Under the pieces are notes generated by a model. It searched no databases. It had not been told where the DNA came from and was given only the letters and a program-made list of their open reading frames with translations. A program made the position numbers and the translations under genes. Shown here piece by piece: positions 8,328-16,502 of a DNA stretch of 37,558 bases (position 1 is the stretch's first letter; the number at the start of each line of letters is the position of its first letter). The DNA is from Armatimonadota bacterium. Its GTDB lineage: Bacteria > Armatimonadota > UBA10988. The DNA lies in contig JACRKZ010000182.1 in assembly GCA_016235455.1 (NCBI GenBank), forward strand, positions 1 through 37,558, in the 5' to 3' direction.

Positions 8328-10230
8328 TGAACTGGTAGACCGGCCAGCCCATGAGTGTGGCCAGCAGTGACCACAGCGTCTGCGTGGTGATGTCACCCAG
8401 GATGAGCCCGATGACGAACGGCAGCGACTGCCGGTAGAGCCGGTTGCCGCCCGAGCGCAGGACGATGGTCTTGATCAGCCAGGCCATGAAGTAGTGCTGC
8501 ACGAAGCTCACGCCGGCGCCGGTGTTGGCCATGACGAAGCCCACCGGGTGCAGTGGCCACCACAGCACGCGCTGGCGGACCAAGTGCAGCACCGTGACGG
8601 CCACCCCGCCCAGCGCGGTCATGGCCAGGCGGAACCAGTCGGGATTGGTGCGCAAGGTCAGCCAGTTGATGGGCAAGGCGCAACTGGTGCGTGACACCCA
8701 GTTGGCGGCGCCATAGACCTTGGCTGTCGAGGCGCCCAGGTCGTGGAAGGTGACGGTCACGGCATACAGGCCACAGACCACCGCGGCCACGGTGGCCACG
8801 CAGATCACCGTGGCCAGATGGGTCGGCTTGATGCCGCCGTCGTGGCCGGCCTTGAGGCACTCCATCTGGCTCGGCAGCACCGCGAAGCGCACGTCCGAGA
8901 AGAACCAGTGCAACATGCCCAGCGAGGCCAGCGTCTGCCGGTCGAAGGAACTCGAGCCCATGGCCCAGACCACGAACTCGTGCGGCCGACGGTCAGGTCC
9001 AAAGGCCCAGGCCAGTCCTCCCTCGGCCCTCAACCGAGCCAGGGTGATGATGACCAGGAAGTAGACGGCGAAGACCAGCGCGCAGACGCGCAGCGGCATG
9101 CCCAACTGACCGCAGAACGAGGCCGTGCCCAGCGCGCCGAGGACGATGAGCGCCAACGCCATGCGGCTGGTGTGCAGGTCGTCGGGCGCCAGGCCGGCCG
9201 TGCGGAAGACGCCGCGCAGCGAGCGCCACAGGTGGCCCTTGGCCATCCACAGGCTGCACGCGGCGAAGGCCAGGAACCCGCCCGAGGTCAGCTCGACCAG
9301 ATAGGGGAAGTCGGACGCGGCCCGGCCGCCATCGGGGTTGGTCCAGCCGGCGTTCACGCCGATGACCTTGAGCACCACGTTGAGCGCGACGAAGAACCAG
9401 CAGGAGAAGCTGATCTCGGTGGGCGCCAGGTAGGCCAGCCCGACGATAAACGGGGTCCAGCCGAAGTACAGCGGCTGGCACACAGTCCAGGGCCGCGTGG
9501 CGAACCACTCGGGATGCTGCGTGTGCTTCATCTCGATGGCCGGGACCACCGGGAAGTAGAAGTGCAGCGCCAGCAGCGTCTCGAGCGCCAGGGGAATGGC
9601 GAAGCCGACCCACATGGTGCGCGAGCGGAAGACCTCCCAGCGGTCGGTGGTCATCTCGATGGGCAGCGCCGCGATGGGGAAGGTCAGCTTCTCGTTCTCG
9701 ATCCACTGCTTGGAGAGCATCATGGCCACGCCCAGGGTGGTGGCATAGATGGCCAGCAGGAACGAGCCGAAGCTGATCAGCCGTGGCAGCCAGATCTGCC
9801 AGTTCGGTGTGGAATAGCCGACGAACAGCCCGCGCAGGGTGTCCTTGTCGGCCACCACCGCCCAGTCGCGCAGCAGCGGCCAGAGCAGGCTCTCGTAGTT
9901 GTTCTCGGGTGTGGCGAACCAGTGCGCGCCACCCAGCGTGGGCACGAGTACCTGACCCAGCCCGTAGCCGTAGATGACTGATGTGCTGGCGATCATCACG
10001 TAGACGGTCAGCAGGTCGGCGCGGCTGAGCACATGCTGCGGGTGGCGACGCGCGATGAGGCGGTTGGCGGCAAGCAGGAAGAGCAGCGTGACCACGGCGG
10101 TCATGGTCAGAGACCAGGAACTGATGAAGACGCGCGCGGTCACTTCGGACGAGACCACCCAGAAGATGATGGGTATCTCAGCCAGCAGGCCGATCACCAG
10201 GCCTCGCCAGGGGAATCGCGCGGAACTCAT
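8320..10230 (-). CDS. Polytopic membrane protein of the DUF6785/DUF6784 type (OPT-transporter-like)
   Basis: 636 aa with many TM segments. Motifs KQWIENEKLTFPIA, GLAYLAPTEISFSCWFF, WWPLHPVGF, WLIKTIVLRSGG and PFVIGLILGD. Family assigned from remembered motifs. Confidence 0.8.
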   Translation of the reverse strand: MSSARFPWRGLVIGLLAEIPIIFWVVSSEVTARVFISSWSLTMTAVVTLLFLLAANRLIARRHPQHVLSRADLLTVYVMIASTSVIYGYGLGQVLVPTLGGAHWFATPENNYESLLWPLLRDWAVVADKDTLRGLFVGYSTPNWQIWLPRLISFGSFLLAIYATTLGVAMMLSKQWIENEKLTFPIAALPIEMTTDRWEVFRSRTMWVGFAIPLALETLLALHFYFPVVPAIEMKHTQHPEWFATRPWTVCQPLYFGWTPFIVGLAYLAPTEISFSCWFFVALNVVLKVIGVNAGWTNPDGGRAASDFPYLVELTSGGFLAFAACSLWMAKGHLWRSLRGVFRTAGLAPDDLHTSRMALALIVLGALGTASFCGQLGMPLRVCALVFAVYFLVIITLARLRAEGGLAWAFGPDRRPHEFVVWAMGSSSFDRQTLASLGMLHWFFSDVRFAVLPSQMECLKAGHDGGIKPTHLATVICVATVAAVVCGLYAVTVTFHDLGASTAKVYGAANWVSRTSCALPINWLTLRTNPDWFRLAMTALGGVAVTVLHLVRQRVLWWPLHPVGFVMANTGAGVSFVQHYFMAWLIKTIVLRSGGNRLYRQSLPFVIGLILGDITTQTLWSLLATLMGWPVYQFIS

Positions 10231-11852
10231 GGCTCAGTCTCGGCTCCACCAAGAGCACTGGGGCGCAGCCGGCGTTTGACCATCCGCACCAGCGTGGCCA
10301 ACTCGTCCAGCTTCCACCACCACAATAGAGCGACGTATGTTCCCAGGATGACACACGTTGACGCCATGGCATGGGCCAGGTTGCCGCCGGGCAGCTTGAG
10401 GCTGAGCCAGCCGACGCCGCCGGCCAGGCCCGCGGCCAGATGGCTGAGCAGCGCCGACCGCCACAGGCTCTGCGCCGAGTCCAGGCCGCCGGCACGGCCA
10501 TAAGCCCAGAAGAGTTGGACGGCATTGAACCAGCAGGCCAGCGAGAAGGCCAGGGCCGGCCCCCAGTAGCCGCCGAACCGCGCGGAGAGCAGGCTGGCCA
10601 GCGCCGCGAAGACGATGGCCCCGATGCCGCAGCGCAGCGGCGTCATGGTGTCGCCGCGCGCATAGAAGACGCGGGTCAGCACCACCGACAGCGTGAGCGG
10701 CACGATGCCCACCGCTTGCCAGGCCAGCATGGTGGCGGTGTTGGCCACGTCCTGCGGGCCGTATCTGCCGTGGCCGAACAGGATGGCCACCGGCGGTACC
10801 GGCGCGCAGGCCAGCAGCGCGGCCAACGGCACGGTACAGATGACCGCCAGCCGCAGCACATGCATGGCCTGCCGATGGTACTCGGCCTCCTTGCCCTCGG
10901 CCATGAGGTGGCTGAGGTAGGGGAACAGCGCGATGCCCAGGCCGGCGCCGAAGATGCCGTCGGGCAGGCGGGCCAGCCGCGAGGCGTTGTCGAACCAGGC
11001 CACGGCCGCCTCGCCGTAGGCGGCGTTGGCCATCTTGGCCAGGGTCAGGTTGATCTCCGCGACGGTCAGTCCCAGCACGATGGGCGCCGCCATGACGGCC
11101 ATCTCGCGCACCAGCGGATGCCGGAAGTCGAGTGCGGGCCGGTAGCGGATGCCCAGCTCTCGACCTTCCCGCGCCAAAGCCCAGGCCTGCCACACCAGGT
11201 TGCTGAGGAACCCGCCGACCAGCACGCCGTACACCGCCGACTGCACGCCGCAGCGCGAGCGCAGCAGGTACATGGAGAGGATGATGGCGGCGTTGTAAAG
11301 GCACGGCACGACGGCGGTGACGCGGCTGCGCTTCATGGCATCGAGCGTGCCACTGAGTACGCCGCCGACCAGCAGGAAGACCTGCGCCGGCAGCAGCAGC
11401 CGAGTCAGGTGGACGGTGAGCGCCACGGCCTCGTCGGAGAAGCCGCCCTTGCCCGACCACCGGCCGAGGAAGGGCGCCATGATCGTGCCGGCAAACGTGA
11501 CGCCCAGCGCCACGATGACGATGCTCAGCAGCGTGACCGCGGTGACCAGCACCGAGAACAGCCACCAGGCCTGCTTCTGGCTCTCGGCGTCGTCGCGACC
11601 GAGCCGCAGCAGGCGTACGAAAATCGGTACGAAGCCCGACCGCAAGGCGCCGCCCGCGATGATGTAGAAGAGCAGGTCGGGCACGATGAACGCCGCGCGC
11701 AGCGCCCCGGCGTCGGCCGGCGTGAACCACCACGACTGCACCTGCACGCGCACCAGACCCAGGAGACGGCTGCCGAAGATGCCCATGATCATGAAGATCG
11801 CGGCAATGAGTACCTCGCGTCGCGTTGAGTGACGGGGCGGGTCAGAAGGCAT
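10227..11852 (-). CDS. murJ: Lipid II flippase MurJ (MviN)
   Basis: Motifs SRLLGLVR, AFIVPDLL...GGALRSGFVPIF, ASRLARLPDGIFG..LGIALFP and RVFYARGDTMTP. Confidence 0.93.
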   Translation of the reverse strand: MPSDPPRHSTRREVLIAAIFMIMGIFGSRLLGLVRVQVQSWWFTPADAGALRAAFIVPDLLFYIIAGGALRSGFVPIFVRLLRLGRDDAESQKQAWWLFSVLVTAVTLLSIVIVALGVTFAGTIMAPFLGRWSGKGGFSDEAVALTVHLTRLLLPAQVFLLVGGVLSGTLDAMKRSRVTAVVPCLYNAAIILSMYLLRSRCGVQSAVYGVLVGGFLSNLVWQAWALAREGRELGIRYRPALDFRHPLVREMAVMAAPIVLGLTVAEINLTLAKMANAAYGEAAVAWFDNASRLARLPDGIFGAGLGIALFPYLSHLMAEGKEAEYHRQAMHVLRLAVICTVPLAALLACAPVPPVAILFGHGRYGPQDVANTATMLAWQAVGIVPLTLSVVLTRVFYARGDTMTPLRCGIGAIVFAALASLLSARFGGYWGPALAFSLACWFNAVQLFWAYGRAGGLDSAQSLWRSALLSHLAAGLAGGVGWLSLKLPGGNLAHAMASTCVILGTYVALLWWWKLDELATLVRMVKRRLRPSALGGAETEP

Positions 11853-12978
11853 CGGTCATCCTACGCGTGGCCGGTCGCGCCCGGAAGATCGCCTGCCAGA
11901 GGGCCTGGTGGTTGCTCTCCGCTTGGACGGCGCCTGCCTCCATGCGCTCGGCTAACACACTGCCATCGTATACCAGGCAGAGCAGTTCCGTCCAGTCGCA
12001 GGCCAGCGTGCGACCCTCGGCCGTCACCGTCGCGGTGCGGTGATCGCCGCCCAGCGAGGCGCTTCTGCCGGCCAGCACGCGGCCCAGGGTGTCGGCCAGA
12101 CGGCCCTGGTCCTGCGCCCTGACCATGACGATGCCCGGCTCGGGCGACAGGTCGGCCGGCGCGCAGACGGCGACCAGCGGCCAGAGCGGGTCGTGGGGGT
12201 CGATGGCCACGGTGAACCGGTCGCCGTGGCGCACGGCCTCGTGCGACAGCAGGGCCGTCGCGCCGTCCGGAGCGCCGGCCAGCTCCCACACGCGGTGGTC
12301 GTCGTCGTCGGTCACCACCGCGTAGGCCACCGCCTGACCGTCGCGCTCGGCAACCAGCGTGCGCGGCGTCATTTCGGCCCACAGCAGCGGCTCGCCGGCG
12401 ATGCGGCGATCCCACCACGCCGCGGTGCGCTGCTTGCTGCCGTTGCGCTGGCCATAGTGGTCGACATACAGTCGATCCAGCACCGCCGCTTCGCCGGCCC
12501 GTGCGGCACGCACCAGCAGCGGCTCGCCGAGCGGCACGGCCGCCGCCAGCACCTGCCAGCAGCCAATGGTGCGGCGCGCCGCGCGGAAGCCGAGGGTCTC
12601 GTAGAACACGCGGACGTACTCCTCCGCGGCGGGGTTGAGGATGATGGCGGCGACATCCGGGTACAGCGCGGCCGCCGCCTCGACCAGCGCCGCGCCGATC
12701 CCGCGCCGGCGCCGGTTGGGCGCGCTGCACACCGAGCCGAGCCGGGCCACGCTCAGCCACTCGCCGTCGAGGGCGATGGCGCTGCGCTTGGTGGCCAGAT
12801 GCCCGACTACCTCACCGTCGTCGTCGGTGGCCAGCAGCGTGGTCTCGGCCGAGTAGTCGGGATCGGTCAGCACCGCGGCGCGCACCGCCGGCCGGCGCGC
12901 GCGCGGGTTGCCAAAGGCGTCGGCCACCAGATCCAAGGCCGGCTCGCGTTCGCTGAGGCTGGGATGGTGGATGTCCAT
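11842..12978 (-). CDS. Tandem GNAT acetyltransferase (Eis-like)
   Basis: Acetyl-CoA motif VCSAPNRRRRGIGAALV and FYETLGF, followed by a second degenerate GNAT repeat (VAERDGQAVAYAV). Overlaps the murJ start by 11 nt. Confidence 0.85.
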   Translation of the reverse strand: MDIHHPSLSEREPALDLVADAFGNPRARRPAVRAAVLTDPDYSAETTLLATDDDGEVVGHLATKRSAIALDGEWLSVARLGSVCSAPNRRRRGIGAALVEAAAALYPDVAAIILNPAAEEYVRVFYETLGFRAARRTIGCWQVLAAAVPLGEPLLVRAARAGEAAVLDRLYVDHYGQRNGSKQRTAAWWDRRIAGEPLLWAEMTPRTLVAERDGQAVAYAVVTDDDDHRVWELAGAPDGATALLSHEAVRHGDRFTVAIDPHDPLWPLVAVCAPADLSPEPGIVMVRAQDQGRLADTLGRVLAGRSASLGGDHRTATVTAEGRTLACDWTELLCLVYDGSVLAERMEAGAVQAESNHQALWQAIFRARPATRRMTDAF

Positions 12979-12988
12979 GCGTCGCTCG

Positions 12989-13018
12989 AGTCTACCCGCG
13001 CGAAGCGGCGGCGGTCAA
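12989..13018 (-). promoter_or_regulatory. sigma70-type promoter for the GNAT-murJ-DUF6785 operon
   Basis: TTGACC-N18-TAGACT on the minus strand, 10 nt before the ATG, with no Shine-Dalgarno sequence. Confidence 0.65.
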
Positions 13019-13092
13019 TGCGAGGATGGGGAGTAGCGCACGTACAGAAGGATCGCCTCGGCCCACGGCCAACCACCGGCGCGGAGGCCATC

Positions 13093-14709
13093 ATGGTTCT
13101 GGCTGAGTACCTGCGGAGCGCGGACGCCCGGTTCGATGCCGATCTGGGTCTGGTTGGCGAGGAGGCGCATACGCCGGGCTACCACACCACGCTGCCCGAC
13201 GGCACCTGGGTCCACTCGACGCGCAGCAACCTCGACTATGCCTTGGCCTGCCTGGCCGACGGCAGCCCGGAGCGCGCGGCGCGTGCCGCCCTGGTTATCG
13301 ACCGCGTCCTGGCCCATCAGGAGACCGACCCCTACCTGGCCACCTACGGCATCTGGCCGTGGTTTGCCGATGAGCCGCTGAGCCAGATGGCACCGCCTGA
13401 CTGGAACTGGGCCGACTTCTGCGGGGCTCGCCTGGCGGCCATGCTCGCGCGCCATACGGCGCTGCTGCCCGCCGACCTGGTCGAGCGGATGCGCGCCGCG
13501 TTGGGCCACGCCGGGTGGTCCATCTTTCGGCGCAACGTGCAGCCCGGCTACACCAACATCGCGCTCATGGGCGCCGCCGTGACGCTGGCCGCCGGCGAGT
13601 TGCTCCGTGAGCCGCGGCTGGTCGACTACGGGCGCAGCCGCCTGGCCCACTTCGCCCAGCACACCGCCTGGCACGGCGGGCTGAACGAGTACAACAGCCC
13701 CACCTACACGCGCGTGGCGCTGAGCGAGGTGGAACGCGTGCTCGACCTGGTCCGCGACGAGGCCGCGCGGGCAACCGCGGAGGACTTGCGTCGGGTCATC
13801 TGGCAGACCATCGCCGAGCACTACCACCCAGCCACAGGCCAGTGGGCCGGGCCGCACAGCCGCTGTTACCGCGACCGACTCGACCGCGACGCGGCCGAAT
13901 GGCTGGCCGCCTGCGCGGGTGTGCCCATCGACCCGCCGCTGCCGGCCGAGCGCTTCGCGCTGGAGGCCGAGTTGCCGTGCCCCGACGATCTGCGTCCGTG
14001 TTTCCAGGTCGGGCGTGCCGCGGATGTGACGGTGACGCGGCGGTTTGTACGTCGCGAGCCCGACGAGCATAGCACCGTCGGCACCACCTGGTTGGCCGAG
14101 GAGGCCTGCCTGGGCACGGTCAATCACGACACGCTGTGGGTGCAACGCCGACCAGCATTGGGCTACTGGGTGACCGGCGGCGAGCCAGCGGTGCTGCGGG
14201 TGCGCTGTCTGCGCGACGGCCGTGACTTCGCCACTGGCGCGCTCTGGGCGACACAACAAGGCGCCAGCGCGTTGCTGCGATTGGGCTTCGTGCCGGGCCA
14301 GGGCGATCACCATTGCAGTCTCGACCGGCCGGCCGACGGCCTGTTCCACGCCCAGCAGCTGAGCTTCGCCGTGGGCCTGCAGGCCGACGATGCGGCGGTC
14401 GTCCCCGTTGAGGGCGGTTGGGCGCTGACCGCCGGCGCGTGGCAGGCGCTCGTTTTGCCGTTGCCCAGCGTGGTCTGGGGACGCATGCTTGAGTGGCGGG
14501 CCGAGGCGACGACCGGTGTGGCCCGTTGTGAGGTCCGCCTGATTGATGGCGCTGGCGAAAGCTTCGGATGGGAGCAATTGCGCACGGTCCAGGTGGGTTT
14601 TGCGCTGAGTATCTGCGCCAAAGGAGGAGTCGTGCCCGCGGCGCCGGAAATGACGCCGACCGAGGCGCGCTGGGGCGCGGCTGGGCTGCGCATTCAATGG
14701 CCCGGCTAG
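13093..14709 (+). CDS. Conserved hypothetical protein, heparinase II/III- or oligosaccharide-lyase-like architecture
   Basis: GGAGG RBS before ATG 13093; the 5' part of the 889-aa ORF is an antisense shadow. Motifs DWNWADF, YTNIALMGA, EYNSPTY and WAGPHSRCY; helical N-terminal half and beta-rich C-terminal half. Confidence 0.75.
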   Translation: MVLAEYLRSADARFDADLGLVGEEAHTPGYHTTLPDGTWVHSTRSNLDYALACLADGSPERAARAALVIDRVLAHQETDPYLATYGIWPWFADEPLSQMAPPDWNWADFCGARLAAMLARHTALLPADLVERMRAALGHAGWSIFRRNVQPGYTNIALMGAAVTLAAGELLREPRLVDYGRSRLAHFAQHTAWHGGLNEYNSPTYTRVALSEVERVLDLVRDEAARATAEDLRRVIWQTIAEHYHPATGQWAGPHSRCYRDRLDRDAAEWLAACAGVPIDPPLPAERFALEAELPCPDDLRPCFQVGRAADVTVTRRFVRREPDEHSTVGTTWLAEEACLGTVNHDTLWVQRRPALGYWVTGGEPAVLRVRCLRDGRDFATGALWATQQGASALLRLGFVPGQGDHHCSLDRPADGLFHAQQLSFAVGLQADDAAVVPVEGGWALTAGAWQALVLPLPSVVWGRMLEWRAEATTGVARCEVRLIDGAGESFGWEQLRTVQVGFALSICAKGGVVPAAPEMTPTEARWGAAGLRIQWPG

Positions 14710-14734
14710 CCGGGGCCGGAGGGGAGAGTGTGTC

Positions 14735-16351
14735 ATGCGGTTCTTGACGCCGGAGGAACTGGCGGAACTCGAGCATCGTAAACAGCAGGCACGTGAGGCC
14801 GCCGAACGCGCACTACAGCAGCCGGACCTGAATGCTGACCTGCGTGAGGTGGAGATTGCCAACGAGCTGATCCGACCGCCGGAGCCCAAGACATCCGAGG
14901 ACGGCGGCATCAGCCCGCGCGTCCTTGAGGGGCTCATCCTGCGCACCATCAAGCAGCACGGCGCCATGACCTTCCAGGCCGTCGCCGAGGCACTGCACGT
15001 CAGCATGGGCGTGGTCGAAGACATGCTCCGCGAACTGCGCGACCGCAAGATTATCGCCGACCTCAAACCGCTGCACTACGACCTGACCGACCTCGGCCGC
15101 AAGCTCTGCTACGACCTGGAGCGCGAGGACGGCTACGTCGGTCCCGCGCCCGTGCCGTTCGACGAGTACTGCAACCTGGTCATCGAGCAGTCGCAGCGCT
15201 CGCATTGGGCCACCGACGAGGAGGTGCTCGAGGCCTTCCACGACTGCGCCTTGCGCCCCGAACTGGTCAAGACGCTCAAGGAAGGTTACAACAGCCAGAA
15301 GAGCCTGTTCTTCTATGGCCCGCCGGGCAACGGCAAGACCCTGGTCAGCGGTGGCCTGCACCGGCTCATGGACCGCGTGCCCACCGTGCTGCCCTACGCC
15401 TTCGAGTTCAATGGCCGCATCGTCCGCGTCTTCGACCCCGCCTACCACACCGTCTGGCTGGAGATGATGGAGAAGGAGGAGTCCGCCGCCACGCCACCGG
15501 CCACGGCCGACCCGTACCGGCGCGCGGTCTACCTGCATCCCGATCGCCGCTACCTCATCTGCCACGCGCCGCTGGTGGTGGTGGGCACCGAGTTCCGCGT
15601 GGAGCACTTCGAGATCGCCTACGACGGCGTCTACGACGCGCCCCCGCAGGTCAAGGCCAACAACGGCGTGTTCATCTTCGACGACCTCGGCCGCCAGGCC
15701 CAGGATCACAACATGATCCTGAACCAGTTCATCTACCCCCTCGAGAGCCAGGAGTCCATCGTCAAGTTCGGCGGCGGCTCGTCCATGCGCGTGCCCTACA
15801 AGCAGCGGCTGTTCCTGTCGACCAACCTCAACAAGGACGACATCATCGACGACGCCTTCAAGCGCCGCCTGCTCTATCAGGTGCTGGTGGACCGCCCCAC
15901 GGTCGAGCTGTGGCGCCGCATCTTCGCCATCGAGGCGCGCAAGGCCGGCTGCACCGACCAAGCCGTGGTGGAGCGTTGGTGCGACCTCATCCTGACCTGG
16001 TGGCAGCGCGACAACCGCGTGCTGCGCGCCTGCGATCCGCGCAACCTGTTCGTCATGTTCAAGGCCGCGCTGGACGAGGGCCAGACCCTGGCCGACCTCA
16101 GGGACGCCACGCTGGAGCGCATCTACTGGCAGTTCCCGGCCGGCTTCGTGCGCGACCAGGTGGAATACACCGACGAGGCCAACCAGGTGCGCATCGGCAA
16201 ACTGGCTGCCTGGGAGCAGGCAGGCGTGGCCTCGCCGCCGGACTGGGACAAGCAGTTCCATACCGACCCGGCCCCAGCCTGGGACGGCCATCCGCCAGAC
16301 ACCAGGACCCGCCGCGCCGACCTCAGCGCGGCCAAGCCCGGCAAAAAGTAG
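14735..16351 (+). CDS. AAA+ ATPase with an N-terminal winged-helix-like domain
   Basis: Walker A YGPPGNGKT, Walker B FIFDDLGRQ, KANNG, STNL sensor-1 and an arginine-finger region DAFKRRL. GGAGGGG RBS region. Confidence 0.88.
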   Translation: MRFLTPEELAELEHRKQQAREAAERALQQPDLNADLREVEIANELIRPPEPKTSEDGGISPRVLEGLILRTIKQHGAMTFQAVAEALHVSMGVVEDMLRELRDRKIIADLKPLHYDLTDLGRKLCYDLEREDGYVGPAPVPFDEYCNLVIEQSQRSHWATDEEVLEAFHDCALRPELVKTLKEGYNSQKSLFFYGPPGNGKTLVSGGLHRLMDRVPTVLPYAFEFNGRIVRVFDPAYHTVWLEMMEKEESAATPPATADPYRRAVYLHPDRRYLICHAPLVVVGTEFRVEHFEIAYDGVYDAPPQVKANNGVFIFDDLGRQAQDHNMILNQFIYPLESQESIVKFGGGSSMRVPYKQRLFLSTNLNKDDIIDDAFKRRLLYQVLVDRPTVELWRRIFAIEARKAGCTDQAVVERWCDLILTWWQRDNRVLRACDPRNLFVMFKAALDEGQTLADLRDATLERIYWQFPAGFVRDQVEYTDEANQVRIGKLAAWEQAGVASPPDWDKQFHTDPAPAWDGHPPDTRTRRADLSAAKPGKK

Positions 16352-16373
16352 CCCGCGGTTCAGCCCCAAAGAC

Positions 16374-16414
16374 CGAAGCGGGCCTGCCTGGGCTGGCCCG
16401 CTTCGCTGTTATTT
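16374..16414. terminator. Bidirectional intrinsic terminator between convergent genes
   Basis: CGAAGCGGGCC...GGCCCGCTTCG stem, followed by CTGTTATTT on + and GTCTTT on -. Confidence 0.7.
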
Positions 16415-16502
16415 GGGTGAGACCCCACCGTTCCCCTGCGCACTTCGCCCGTTGCGGGCCACGCCAAGATGACGGCCGTGGCTAAAAGAACGCCAAAACG
16501 GA

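Noticed and set aside
12040-13092. N-terminal 351 aa of the 889-aa ORF, an apparent large fusion
   Set aside because: Antisense to the GNAT gene. The real start is at 13093 with a GGAGG RBS.
13015-16369. 683-aa and 518-aa ORFs on the - strand
   Set aside because: Shadows of the lyase-like and AAA ATPase genes, with no recognisable motifs.
16410-16500. Possible HDV-like ribozyme or fluoride riboswitch
   Set aside because: P4 and CGAA-like pieces exist, but P1, P2 and L3 cannot be built. The fluoride consensus elements and a downstream gene are missing.
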